Part shown: positions 1 through 10,700 of the stretch, one piece after another
How positions within the stretch are numbered: position 1 is the stretch's first letter
How the letters are laid out: each line of letters starts with the position of its first letter
From: Aquificaceae bacterium
Lineage (GTDB): Bacteria > Aquificota > Aquificia > Aquificales > Aquificaceae
DNA: 64,000 bases
NCBI GenBank assembly: GCA_041640635.1
Contig: JBEPZX010000001.1
Location: 32,001 to 96,000 of the forward strand
Direction of reading: 5' to 3'
Position numbers and translations under genes: made by a program
Notes under the pieces: model-generated
The model's input: the letters and a program-made list of their open reading frames with translations, nothing else
Database searches by the model: none
What the model was told of the DNA's origin: nothing

Positions 1-978
1 CATACCAGTTTCAGCCTGTCCTGATTGCATTAAAGAGTAAACCTGTTGCAGTTTATTTTCTCTAATTAAGTTTCTTATCGCTGTGTTTGGAATAAGTAAT
101 TCATAAGCCAAAACTCTGCCACCACCTGTCTTAGGTATGAGCCTTTGAGAGATTACACCCTGCAATACAAAGGAAAGTTGTATACGAACTTGTTCCTGTT
201 GCTCTGGAGGGAAAACATCTATGATACGTGTAATTGTAGATATTGCTGTATTTGTATGAAGTGTTCCAAATACCAAGTGCCCTGTTTCAGCCGCTCTTAG
301 AGCTATTTCAATGGTTTCCAAATCTCTCATTTCTCCAACTAGTATGACATCAGGGTCTTCTCTAAGGGCTGCTCTTAAAGCCTGAGAAAAACTTTCCACG
401 TCTTCTCCTATCTCTCTCTGGTTCACTATGCTTTTCCTGTGGTTGAAAACGTACTCTATGGGATCTTCTATTGTTATTATGTGATGAGGGAAGGTTTCAT
501 TTATGTAATTTATCAACGATGCTAAAGTGGTAGTTTTACCTGATCCAGTAGGACCTGTAACCAATACCAATCCCATGCTCTTATTGCAAAGTTGTAAAAC
601 TTTCTCACTTAAACCTAACTCTTTGACGCTCAGTATCTTATTTGGAAGCCTTCTAAAGACACAAGCAATTGAACCTCTTTGAAAGAAGATGTTAGACCTA
701 AACCTTCCGAGGTTTTTTACTCCAAAGGAGAAATCTACCTGTCCATGCTCTTCCAGTTGCTTTTTGTGCCTCTCTGACATAATAGAGTAAGCTATTCTCT
801 GCGTAATATCAGGCGTAAGTGTAGGAAATTCCAGAAGTTGAACTATCTTTCCATCTATTCTTAAGGAAGGTCTTGCGCCAGCTGTTATGTGAACGTCGCT
901 TGCGTTTCTTTGGACGGCTATATTGAGTACGTCTATAATTCTAACATCTTTCTCTTGAGAACTCTCTATAGGTGTCAT
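1..978 (-). CDS. pilT: Type IV pilus twitching-motility ATPase PilT (3' end runs off the window)
   Basis: Not in the ORF track. Manual translation from ATG at 978 gives MTPIESSQEKDVRIIDVLNIAVQRNASDVHITAG..., Walker A GPTGSGKTT, TIEDPIE, ALREDPDVILVGEMRD and AETGHLVFGTLHT; purine-rich RBS upstream. Confidence 0.93.
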   Translation of the reverse strand, partial: MTPIESSQEKDVRIIDVLNIAVQRNASDVHITAGARPSLRIDGKIVQLLEFPTLTPDITQRIAYSIMSERHKKQLEEHGQVDFSFGVKNLGRFRSNIFFQRGSIACVFRRLPNKILSVKELGLSEKVLQLCNKSMGLVLVTGPTGSGKTTTLASLINYINETFPHHIITIEDPIEYVFNHRKSIVNQREIGEDVESFSQALRAALREDPDVILVGEMRDLETIEIALRAAETGHLVFGTLHTNTAISTITRIIDVFPPEQQEQVRIQLSFVLQGVISQRLIPKTGGGRVLAYELLIPNTAIRNLIRENKLQQVYSLMQSGQAETGM

Positions 979-1017
979 TTCCTAACTCCCCACTAAAAAG
1001 AATAATCTAATACAAAA

Positions 1018-1797
1018 CTAAAATATTTTCCATTCTGATGGTAAATCTCTGGGAGGAAGTCCTACATATTGAGTTTCTTCCTCCTCATTTAGCCTCTTGG
1101 AGAAAGGTTTCTCTGTAGTTAGTTCTTCGTAAACGTGGGCTACCAAACCTGGTATTCGTCCTATTATAAAAAAGCCTTTCCCTAGTCTCCAGTCAAATCC
1201 CATTTCTGATGCTACTGCTGCAATTCCACCATCTACATTCAGCACTAATTTTTTACCTTTTTGTCTTCCAATTTCTTCTTCAACAAGTTGTGCAAATTCG
1301 CAATGTCTTCCATAGAAACCTAAACTTTTGGCTATATCCATAAGCCTTTTTGTTCTTGGGTCAAATTCTTTATAGTATCTGTGCCCATAACCTGGTATGG
1401 GTTTTTTGCTTTCTAAGTATTCCTTTACTATCTCAGTGACATCCTTTCCGCTAGAAACACCCTCTTGTATGAATTTCATAGCATCTTCGAGAGCTCCACC
1501 ATGAGCTGAGCCAAAAGCCATAACACCTGCTGCTACACCCACATTTAATGAATTACCACCAGATGCTACAGCCCTTGCTGCAATAACAGAAGGCGGCGCT
1601 ATGCCATGATCAATAACGGAAACAAACATAGCTTCCATCATCTTGGATTCTTTTTCGTTAGGAAGCTCCCCTTTCAAAATAAGGTAGATGGCTTGAGCAA
1701 AGCTAAGATTTCCTACAAGATCTAGTAATCTGTAACCTCTTATGTAAGTTTCGTGACCTATATGTTGTGTTATAGCCGTTTTCCACTTTTTTTCCAT
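1018..1797 (-). CDS. ccl: Citryl-CoA lyase (citrate-synthase fold; reverse TCA cycle)
   Basis: 259 aa with short citrate-synthase-family motifs DHG, GSAHGGA, PGYGHR and NVDG; size matches stand-alone Ccl rather than a full citrate synthase. Confidence 0.85.
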   Translation of the reverse strand: MEKKWKTAITQHIGHETYIRGYRLLDLVGNLSFAQAIYLILKGELPNEKESKMMEAMFVSVIDHGIAPPSVIAARAVASGGNSLNVGVAAGVMAFGSAHGGALEDAMKFIQEGVSSGKDVTEIVKEYLESKKPIPGYGHRYYKEFDPRTKRLMDIAKSLGFYGRHCEFAQLVEEEIGRQKGKKLVLNVDGGIAAVASEMGFDWRLGKGFFIIGRIPGLVAHVYEELTTEKPFSKRLNEEEETQYVGLPPRDLPSEWKIF

Positions 1798-1818
1798 CTC
1801 TACACTCCTAAGCTAAAA

Positions 1819-3135
1819 TTATAGCATCTCACTGTTTACTTTAACTTTAGTATTCTTTAGTAGGTTATCTATGTACATATTTACTATAGAATTTGCCTTT
1901 AGGTTAATAAGTTCGGTATCCACACCTGAATTTTTATCCTTTGTATCTCTTTTAGCCTCTATATAAAGTATTCCATAACCTTGTACCATGCTGTATGGAC
2001 CAAAAACTTTATCTTTGGAAAAAGCCAATTTTACTATATCCTTTTGTCCCATCTTTAGGAAGTTTAGTATGCGAGGTATGGGAGTAAAATCAAAAACAAC
2101 ATACTTAGCATCTATATTACCAGTTTTCCTTAAGGATTCTGTAAGTTCACTTGCTTTTTTGGATAGGATTTCAGACTTTTTCAGGTTCATAACTTCACTT
2201 TCCAGCTCTTTCCTAACTTCATTAAAACTTTTGTAGCTGGTTTTTCCCAGATTTTGCAACTGGATTACATAGTATTTATTATCTATTTTCGTCACAGTTA
2301 TAGGATCTTTCTCCGAGAGATTTTCCATAGCTTTTAGTATCTGAATATCTAACTTTGAAGAATCATCTGGTAATGTATAAATGGTAGAGTTAGGAACGTC
2401 CTGATTATTTTTCAAACTTCTGTATATACTACTAGCTTTTTCTTTATCCCCTTCTACTATCCAAAGCTTAAAGTTTTTTTTGGACTCTGTTTTGAATCTA
2501 TCCTTGTTTCTTTCGTAATACTCCATTAATTCTTTTTCACTTACTTCTATGAATTCTTTGACATCATTAGGGCTTAATATATAAAGCCTTCCAGAAACTT
2601 CTGTGTTGTTTATTGCTTGATTTATTTTTATTTCTTCTTCTGTCATATAAACGCTGTTTTGAATAAAGGTTAAGAGTTTTTGAATACTTAAGATTTTTCT
2701 TATATATTCTTCGTATTGATTAGCTTCTAGACCGTTGCGCGAGAGTATCTCTTTGTATTTGTAAGAACTAAACACACCATTTTCTTGAAAGGTGGGATCA
2801 AGCTTAATGGTTTGTATAACCTCCTCGTTGGAAGCTGTAAAACCTAAATCTTTTGATTCTTTGTAGAGTAGGCTTTGAACAATTAAGTTTTCTATAACTT
2901 GTTGTTTAATAACATTTTCTATTTCCTTGTTTGTTAAAAGGCTAGAATACCTTAGCATCTCTCTTCGGTATTCGCTCAGTGTAATACAGATTCCATCAGC
3001 TTCTGCTACACATTTACCACTTTTTATAAAGTTGAATGAGTCATTCTGTACAAAGAGCCATAGCAGAAATCCAAAAGTGGCGACTCCCATAATTATGGTG
3101 GCAATTTTCTTATGCTTATGCAGTATCTGGTACAT
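1819..3135 (-). CDS. SurA N-terminal-domain / PpiD-like membrane-anchored periplasmic chaperone
   Basis: N-terminal TM helix followed by a SurA_N-like segment (FQENGVFS..Y..IL..NGL) and the 'EL.EYYE.NK..F' motif. Confidence 0.75.
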   Translation of the reverse strand: MYQILHKHKKIATIIMGVATFGFLLWLFVQNDSFNFIKSGKCVAEADGICITLSEYRREMLRYSSLLTNKEIENVIKQQVIENLIVQSLLYKESKDLGFTASNEEVIQTIKLDPTFQENGVFSSYKYKEILSRNGLEANQYEEYIRKILSIQKLLTFIQNSVYMTEEEIKINQAINNTEVSGRLYILSPNDVKEFIEVSEKELMEYYERNKDRFKTESKKNFKLWIVEGDKEKASSIYRSLKNNQDVPNSTIYTLPDDSSKLDIQILKAMENLSEKDPITVTKIDNKYYVIQLQNLGKTSYKSFNEVRKELESEVMNLKKSEILSKKASELTESLRKTGNIDAKYVVFDFTPIPRILNFLKMGQKDIVKLAFSKDKVFGPYSMVQGYGILYIEAKRDTKDKNSGVDTELINLKANSIVNMYIDNLLKNTKVKVNSEML

Positions 3136-3255
3136 ACTCTACTTCATTTTAACACATATTCAAGCACATATCTGGTAAAGTCATTTAGGAGAACCTAAAT
3201 TAATTAATAATTAAATCATATGAAAATTGGGAATTAATGTTACAATAGTGCTCAT

Positions 3256-4704
3256 ATGGAGCTGAAAGATCTTAAGCGGATATTTGGCAATGTGCCAGTA
3301 CCTGTAGTAATAACAGATAGATCTTTTAAGGTTGTTTATGCAAATTTTATTGCAACTTCCAAAGGTTTAGTTTCTTTAGCAGATTGTGATGAATTGGTTA
3401 GTAATGCCGCAGGTAAAAGTTATCACAACGCAGTGTGTGCCAAAAAGTTGGATAAAGGAGAAAAGATTTTTTACTTACTTGGGTGGTATGATAAGGGTTC
3501 AGATTTATATATAATAATTTATATAGACTTTGATGAAATAATAAAAGCCTTTCGACATAGTAAGGTCAAACCCGAGCTATTTTTGGACACTAGTCCTTTT
3601 GCAGTTTTCTTATGGGAGAATAAACCAGGTTGGCCTATAGCTATGGTATCTCCCAACGTGGAAAACATATTTGGTTACACGGCTCATGAGTTCATTACAG
3701 GAAAGGTTTCGTATGCAGAGATTATCCATCCAGAGGATATAGAAAGAGTATCTATGGAAGTGAAGGAGAACACAGAAAATAGATCTCCAGCTTGGACTCA
3801 TCAAGATTACAGAATAATTACAAAAGATGGAAAAGTAAAGTGGATTTTTGACCATACTGTACCAATCTTCGATGAAGAAGGTAATGTGACATACTATTAC
3901 GGCTATATATTAGATGTTTCTGAAAAACATGAGAAAGAAGAAATACTTCTAAAAATAGCTTATTTGAGTCCAGTTGGAATAGTTATATACGATCCAGCAT
4001 CCAAAAAGGTAGTTTTCTCCAACAAAATAGGTAATGAACTTGTTTCTCATTTAGGGACTGGTTTTATAAATCAGCTAGAAAAGGGTAAACATAAATTTGT
4101 AAGATCTGGTAGAAAAATATATAAAGTAGAGTTTTCTTATGCTTACCATGAAGGTAAAAAGATAATCTTAGTGATACTCACAGACATTACGAAGGAGAAA
4201 CTTTTGGAGAAAAAACTTTACAAACTAGCTACAAGAGATAAGCTGACGGGCATTTACAATAGATATGCATTAAATTTATTCATGGAAAAGTTGATAGATT
4301 ATGCTCAAAGGAAAAATGAAGCATTTGCAGTTGTACTTTTTGATGTTGATCATTTTAAGCATATAAATGATACATACGGACATCACGTTGGTGATCAAGT
4401 TCTAAAAAGTATTGCACAAAATGTTAAAAAAGTCATTAGAAGATCTGATATGTTTGGAAGATGGGGAGGTGAAGAATTTCTTATAATCCTCACCTCTACG
4501 AAAGATCCTGTAAAAGTAGCGGAAAAGATAAGGAGAGCTGTAAAAGAAAACGTGTATGTTCGTGGGGTACATATAACCATATCTGCAGGCGTTGCTCAAT
4601 ACAGACAAGGAGATACATTGGACAGCATTATTCTAAGGGCGGATAACGCGCTTTATGAAGCTAAAAAATTGGGAAAAGATAAAACAGTATTTATTGAAAA
4701 GTAG
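3256..4704 (+). CDS. PAS-domain diguanylate cyclase
   Basis: PAS/PAC segment (IHPED...YRIITKDGKVKW), DKLTGIYNR, DVDHFK, RxxD I-site (RRSD) and GGEEF. Confidence 0.92.
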   Translation: MELKDLKRIFGNVPVPVVITDRSFKVVYANFIATSKGLVSLADCDELVSNAAGKSYHNAVCAKKLDKGEKIFYLLGWYDKGSDLYIIIYIDFDEIIKAFRHSKVKPELFLDTSPFAVFLWENKPGWPIAMVSPNVENIFGYTAHEFITGKVSYAEIIHPEDIERVSMEVKENTENRSPAWTHQDYRIITKDGKVKWIFDHTVPIFDEEGNVTYYYGYILDVSEKHEKEEILLKIAYLSPVGIVIYDPASKKVVFSNKIGNELVSHLGTGFINQLEKGKHKFVRSGRKIYKVEFSYAYHEGKKIILVILTDITKEKLLEKKLYKLATRDKLTGIYNRYALNLFMEKLIDYAQRKNEAFAVVLFDVDHFKHINDTYGHHVGDQVLKSIAQNVKKVIRRSDMFGRWGGEEFLIILTSTKDPVKVAEKIRRAVKENVYVRGVHITISAGVAQYRQGDTLDSIILRADNALYEAKKLGKDKTVFIEK

Positions 4705-4802
4705 AGTATATCTTTGTTAGTATCCTGCGTTTTTGCTCTTATCGCTTAGGTGTATTTATCCCCTTAGAATTTAATCTTTTAGATGTATATAGAAGCAAGT
4801 GT

Positions 4803-5318
4803 TTACTTTTTCTTTGGTAAAAGCGAGAAAGAGAGAAACATTCCTTCCTTTTTTGGTTCATTTTCTATTTGTCCTATATCAGAAACTTCACTTAGTATTC
4901 TCTGAACCAACCTGTCTCCAAGTTCAGGGTGAGTGTTCTCTCTACCTCTAAACTTTATGCGCACACGTACCTTATCCCCGTCCTCTAAAAATTCCCTCAT
5001 GTGTTTCAGTTTTACTTTTAGATCATGTTCATCTATTCTTAAGGATAGGTTTATATCTTTTACTTCCATTGCGTGTTCTTTCTGTTTCTTTTTTGCTTCT
5101 TTTTCCTTCTTTTTTTGTTCGTAAATGAACTTTCCATAGTCTAGCAATTTACATACAGGTGGATTTGCTTGAGGTGCTATTTCTACTAAATCAAGACCTC
5201 TTTCTTCTGCCAATGCGAGAGCTTCCTGCAAAGGTACTATACCTATTTGTTTTCCACTTTCATCGATGAGCCTTACTTCTTTTGCCCTTATTTGGCGATT
5301 AACCCTATAATCTACCAT
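4803..5318 (-). CDS. infC: Translation initiation factor IF-3
   Basis: VNRQIRAKEVRLID, DLVEIAPQANPPVCKLLDYGK, FLEDGDKVRVRIKFRGRE. Confidence 0.97.
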   Translation of the reverse strand: MVDYRVNRQIRAKEVRLIDESGKQIGIVPLQEALALAEERGLDLVEIAPQANPPVCKLLDYGKFIYEQKKKEKEAKKKQKEHAMEVKDINLSLRIDEHDLKVKLKHMREFLEDGDKVRVRIKFRGRENTHPELGDRLVQRILSEVSDIGQIENEPKKEGMFLSFSLLPKKK

Positions 5319-5361
5319 TCAAACCTCCAGAGATTTTTATTTTTTAAAAGACAGTAAAAGT

Positions 5362-5757
5362 TCATGATCTTAAGAGTGTTACAAGTGAAACTAAAAAGTT
5401 TAAGAATAAAACAAAGGTGGATAGTAAGGAAACTTTTCTAAATAGAACTCTTCTCGGATCGTTGTAATCAACAATATCTATGTTTCCTAAGTGCCTCTTA
5501 TAATTTTTTAGCCACCGTGATATTACCACATTAGTACTTAGCATGAGCATGAGTAAAAGAGCATAAAACTCTCCATCTGTTGTAATAAAATAAATCAACA
5601 AAAGAAAAAAAGCAATAGGGTAAAAGCGCCAAAGTATCATGCCGTAAAATTTTCCAGCCAAATTTTTGTTTTCCTGTGTTCTTAAAAGCACGGGCGCCAC
5701 AATAAAGAGTAACATAAATAGAGAGCCTATATAAAGGGATATAGCTAACTTATCCAT
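5362..5757 (-). CDS. Small 4-TM membrane protein (DUF4149-like)
   Basis: Four hydrophobic segments with a 'VAPVL....AG...' pattern. Start placed at the second Met (5757), overlapping the upstream stop. Confidence 0.6.
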   Translation of the reverse strand: MDKLAISLYIGSLFMLLFIVAPVLLRTQENKNLAGKFYGMILWRFYPIAFFLLLIYFITTDGEFYALLLMLMLSTNVVISRWLKNYKRHLGNIDIVDYNDPRRVLFRKVSLLSTFVLFLNFLVSLVTLLRS

Positions 5758-7003
5758 CGTCCAAAACAAATACTCTATCCTTACCAGTCCTTTTAGCGAT
5801 GTACATAGCTTTGTCTACCTTGTCTATGTTATCCATATGATCATCAAAGTTGTCAGCTTTTGCAACTCCCACGCTTACAGTTACGTGTATGCTAATATCT
5901 CCAGCTTTTATGGGATTTTCTTTAATGGATAATCTTATTCTTTCTGCAACATTTCTTGCAGATTTTATATCCGTATGGGGAAGAATCACTATAAACTCTT
6001 CTCCACCGTACCTAATAGGTATATCGGTAGCACGTATAGACCTCTTTATTACGCTTGCAACATGTTTCAAAACTTCATCTCCTACTGTATGTCCATATCT
6101 GTCATTGATAAGTTTAAAGTTATCTATATCTAGCAACATAAGACTAATGTCTGATCTGTATCTCTTGCTTCTATGCAGTTCCTTGTTTAGGGTATAACAT
6201 AAATAATTTCTGTTGAATAATTGTGTCAATGGATCATAAACAGTTATCTTGGAGAGCAGTTTTATCAACAGCGAGTTTAACATATCCAAGAGTTTTGTAG
6301 AAATTCTATCTACTTCTTTTACAGATAAAAAGTACTCATCAAAGCTTTTATTCTGCACGTTTAGTGCGTAGTTTATAGCTTTATGAAAGTCTTGGTGATA
6401 CCTAATAATGTCTAGATATACGCTTTCATTTGTTAGTATATTTAGCTTTTCCATGTATGCAGAAAATTTGCATTCTTCTGCAGATATAGGTAAATTAAAC
6501 TCCTTATCTTCAGCAATTGCTTCAAGGAAATTTTTTATGTAAATTAGGTGTGTTTTTTTAGCTTCCTCTAATGTTTTTATTAAGTCTAAGCTTGCATTCA
6601 TAATAGATGCTGTATCTTGTTCCTTGTAGAGGTAGTCTGAAATGTAGGGCTTAAAAATCTGTTTAAAGGCTCTATCTAAGTTGTCCATATATTTCTTATG
6701 GTTTGTCTTTTCTAGGCTTTCCTTTATTGAGGTGTAAATGCTCAAAATCAGAAAATCAGGAACACCTATGCGGAAGATTCTTAGTCCCCACCTCTTAAAA
6801 CTTGCAGTATTCTTTTGATCAAAGTTGGTAGAGGTTAGCCTATTTATCATTCGGTTCAAGAGTTTTTTCAGAACATCTAGTTCAAGGCTATCTAAGTCCT
6901 GTATATCTATACTTTTTAGTCTTTCAAGTACTAAGTCTGTGATTTCCTCGGTTTTTACATGTGTTTTTTTCACTCTTTTGTCTAACTTGGCAAATCCTCC
7001 CAT
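5750..7003 (-). CDS. Diguanylate cyclase with CZB (zinc-binding) domain and possible degenerate globin-like N-terminus
   Basis: CZB-like H...ECKF...HQDFH, then DPLTQLFNR, DIDNFK, RATD I-site and GGEEF. The ORF track starts at 7039; ATG at 7003 is considered more likely. Confidence 0.85.
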   Translation of the reverse strand: MGGFAKLDKRVKKTHVKTEEITDLVLERLKSIDIQDLDSLELDVLKKLLNRMINRLTSTNFDQKNTASFKRWGLRIFRIGVPDFLILSIYTSIKESLEKTNHKKYMDNLDRAFKQIFKPYISDYLYKEQDTASIMNASLDLIKTLEEAKKTHLIYIKNFLEAIAEDKEFNLPISAEECKFSAYMEKLNILTNESVYLDIIRYHQDFHKAINYALNVQNKSFDEYFLSVKEVDRISTKLLDMLNSLLIKLLSKITVYDPLTQLFNRNYLCYTLNKELHRSKRYRSDISLMLLDIDNFKLINDRYGHTVGDEVLKHVASVIKRSIRATDIPIRYGGEEFIVILPHTDIKSARNVAERIRLSIKENPIKAGDISIHVTVSVGVAKADNFDDHMDNIDKVDKAMYIAKRTGKDRVFVLDDG

Positions 7004-7078
7004 CCTTATAATAATAAAATCTTTAAATGTTCTGTGCAACAGAATGTAATTAAATTATTAATAGTCCTCTATATGTAT

Positions 7079-7768
7079 TTACAAAATCTCCAAAAATCTC
7101 TTAAATATTGCTTCAAAGCTTTTACTAAGTCTGTGGTCATCGTCCACTTCCACATATTCTTTCACTTTAACATTGGATACAAAGAGTCTTGAATGCTCAA
7201 CAGGAACTACTTTATCTTGTGTTCCATGACACACGTATATGGGCAAGCTTGGGGTTTTGTCAAAAAGAACTTCACCATCCCTTATTATTTCGTAACCTTT
7301 TTCTATTATATCCACGGCAAAGTCCTTGTTTATGTAAAAGTCCAAACCTGTTTCACACTCATAAATGTGAAGTTCTTCTTTACCTTCGAGCCAATTTTTA
7401 CAGTTTTGCTGTCCTTGTTCCTGTAGAGTTAAACTAAGCGTAGAGTAAGAGGGGGCAAACAACAAAGCAGCCGTTATATCTTCTCTGTAAAATCTAAGAT
7501 AATTTAATATAACGTAAGCGCCGTGAGAGCTACCGCTAAGGATAATGCGAGAAAATCCCTTTGTCTTGAAACCTTTGATTAGCGTATCCAAGAGCTCTAG
7601 CGTTTTTGTGGTTGTTGTTCTATGGTAATCCATGTCCATAGCAAAGAAGGACGCTTTATCTTTTAGAATGTCTTGCATAATCTTTATCTTGCTAGATTGA
7701 GTGTTTGAGGCAAATCCGTGAAGGTGTATCAGTATTACCTTTGGATTGTAAGGCTCCAATATAAACAT
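7079..7768 (-). CDS. YqiA/YcfP-like alpha/beta-hydrolase (esterase)
   Basis: HGFAS oxyanion motif, GSSHG nucleophile elbow, HGTQDKVVP and DDH. Confidence 0.85.
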   Translation of the reverse strand: MFILEPYNPKVILIHLHGFASNTQSSKIKIMQDILKDKASFFAMDMDYHRTTTTKTLELLDTLIKGFKTKGFSRIILSGSSHGAYVILNYLRFYREDITAALLFAPSYSTLSLTLQEQGQQNCKNWLEGKEELHIYECETGLDFYINKDFAVDIIEKGYEIIRDGEVLFDKTPSLPIYVCHGTQDKVVPVEHSRLFVSNVKVKEYVEVDDDHRLSKSFEAIFKRFLEIL

Positions 7769-7770
7769 AA

Positions 7771-10700
7771 CTAAGTCCTCTTTAGTTTTCTAAATTTTAT
7801 ACTATCTAGTAACTCATAAACGACTGGAAGCAAAAACAAGCTAAGAGGAAGTCCTGTCAAAATACCACCTATGACTGCGATGGCTAATGGTTTTCTAAAT
7901 TCTGATCCAGCTGTCAAACCAAGTGCAACAGGTATCAATGCGGAAATGATGGTTAAGGTTGTCATAAGTATGGGCCTTAGTCTTTCCTTTCGAGCTTGCA
8001 TGATAGCAGGTCTTGTTTCCCATCCTTCCTTTCTCAGCTGTATGATTCTTTCTATAAACAAAACGGCATCCCTAACAATTATGCCTATAAGCAGGATTAT
8101 CCCAAAGTATGTGGGGACGCTCAAAGACGTGCCGCTAAAGTAGAGAAGTCCAAAAGTACCAGCTACTGCTAAAGGAACCATTAGCAAGACGGTAAATGGA
8201 TGCCTAAAGCTTTCAAATAGGCTTGCGAGCACCATGTAAACACCTACAAGTGCTACAATTATAGCAAACCCAAAACCTTGGAAGGCTTTGGCGAACTCTC
8301 TCGCTTGTCCTGATTTTTCAAAGGTATAACCAGGTGGTGAGTTTTTGCTTAGCCAATCTTCTATTTCGCTTATGGCTGTTGCCAAGTCTTTTCCTGAAAG
8401 GTTGGCAAATAAGGTAAAGGAATACTGTCTATTGTATCTGTTTATGACTTTGTAACCTTGAGTTATTTCGTAGTCCACTATATCAGTTAAAGGGACAAGC
8501 TTCCCAGCCGAAGATCTCACATATATCTTGTTTAAATTCTCCCAGTTTTTTACAAAGTTTTCATCAGCTTTTACGTATACGTCGTAACTTTCGCTTCCCA
8601 ATTCATAAGTAGCTACTTTAAACTTACCGAAGAGTATTTGAAGCGTGTTTGCCACCTGTTCTACACTTATACCCAAATCTCCTAGCTTTGCTCTATCAAT
8701 TTCTACTTTTATTTGTGGTTCATTTAATCTTAAATCCGTATTAATATCCCTATAACCTCCAGAGCTTTTCAAGTAACTTACCAAGTTATCAGAAATTTGT
8801 TGAAGCTGATTAATATCTGGGCCTTTTATTACATACTGAAGATCAACTTGCCTTCCTGCTCCAAACACAATAGGTGCTCCCTCAACACTTACCCTAACAT
8901 CTCTCAATTTGGCAAATTCCTTTCTTAACATATCCATTATTTGTGCTTGGTGGGGTCTGTTACCACTTTTTAGATAGACAAAGGACAGTCCGCCATTTAC
9001 ATCTGCTCTACCTGCAACACCTTGACCTAACGCCATTCCAAACCTATCTACGTATGGATTTTTCCTTATTATTTCTTCTATCTGTTTTGCCTTTTCTTCT
9101 GTAAATTCAAAAGAAGAGCCTGTTGGTGTTTCAAATCTCACCAAAAACCTACCTTCGTCTATTATAGGAAAGAACTCTTTTTTGGTAATTTTGAAAAGTT
9201 GAAAACCTATTACTAAACTAACAAAAGACACAAAAATAACTAACTTTTTGTGATTTAGTGCAAAAGTTAGCGCTCTATCAAAGAGGCTTTCGAATTTTTC
9301 GTAAAACTTCATAAAAGGATTTTTGTGTGTTTTTTCAACAAGTCTAGAAACTGCCATAGGTGTAAAGCTTATGGCTACAACATAGGAGATAGCTATGGCG
9401 ATTATAAGCGTTAAGGCAAAGGCGCCTAGAAGTGAACCTAGCACACCTCTAAGAAATATTACCGGAAAGAACACTATGATCAAAGAAGCTGTAGAAGCCA
9501 AGAGGGCAAAGATAACTATCTTAGTTCCAGTTTCTCCAGCCTCAAGGGGTGGCAAACCTTCTTCCCTTCTTCTGTATATGCTTTCTAACACAACTATAGC
9601 ATCGTCTATGACTATACCGACAGCTACAGCCATAGCAAGAAGCGTCATGGTATTTAGGGAACTACCAGTTATATAGATAAAAAATACCGTTCCTAAAAGA
9701 GCAACAGGGATGGCAAATACTGGTACGAAAGTTAACCTAAGGCTCCCTAAGAAGAAGTAAACTACCAAAGCCGTTAATAGGCTTCCTATTATTATTTCTT
9801 CCTGAGCTGCTTTCACACTGTCCTTTATAAATATACTGGTGTCTAATGTAACGTCTAATCTCATGCCTTGTGGCAAGATTTCGTTCCAGTATTCTATTCT
9901 TCTCTTTATCTCATCTACAACTTGGATAGTGTTGGCTGTAGCTTGTTTGTAAACTATAAGGGCTACAGCTTGTTCACCCATAAATCTTGACATACCTCTT
10001 TTTTCATCTTCTCCGAAGTAAACCTTAGCAACGTCACCAATCTTTATACCATTGTGTATATAGGTATTCTCTAACTCCTTTGGATCTCTTACCTTTCCAA
10101 TGAGCCTTATTATGTATTCTCTGTCTTTGCCATAGATGATGCCTGCGGGAGCTTCCAAATGATTTTTCCCAACAGCTTCGGCAACATCCATAGGTGTTAG
10201 GCCGTATGAGTAAAGCTTATCTGAATCTATTCTTACCCATAAAACGTTATCTCTAAAACCTGCCAAACTTATCCCACCTACACCGTTTACCTTTTCAAAG
10301 TCTCTCTTTATAAGCTTGTCTGCATAATAGGCTATGGTTTGATAATCGGCAGTTTTTGAGTGTAAGAGAATTGCCATTATGGGAGCTCCGGAAGTGTCTA
10401 CCTTCCTCACAATGGGAGCATCTACACCTATGGGCATGCTTCTGTACGCTCTTTGTACAGCATCTCTGACTTCTTGAGCAGCAACCTCTATGTCTTTGTC
10501 CAGAGAAAAAACTACAGTTACGTTGGAAGTTCCTGCATAGCTTTGGGAAGTTATATACTCTACACCGCTTATGTTGGATAAGGCGTTTTCAATTTTTTGG
10601 GTTACGTTCACATCAACTACATAGGCATCTGCGCCTTTGTATGTGGTGTTTACACTAACTATTGGGAACTCTATGTTTGGCAATCTATCTATAGGTACCT

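Noticed and set aside
3183..3200. Small hairpin ATTTAGG-AGAA-CCTAAAT between divergent genes
   Set aside because: A 7-bp AT-rich stem could be an operator but is within chance expectation; no supporting second copy seen.
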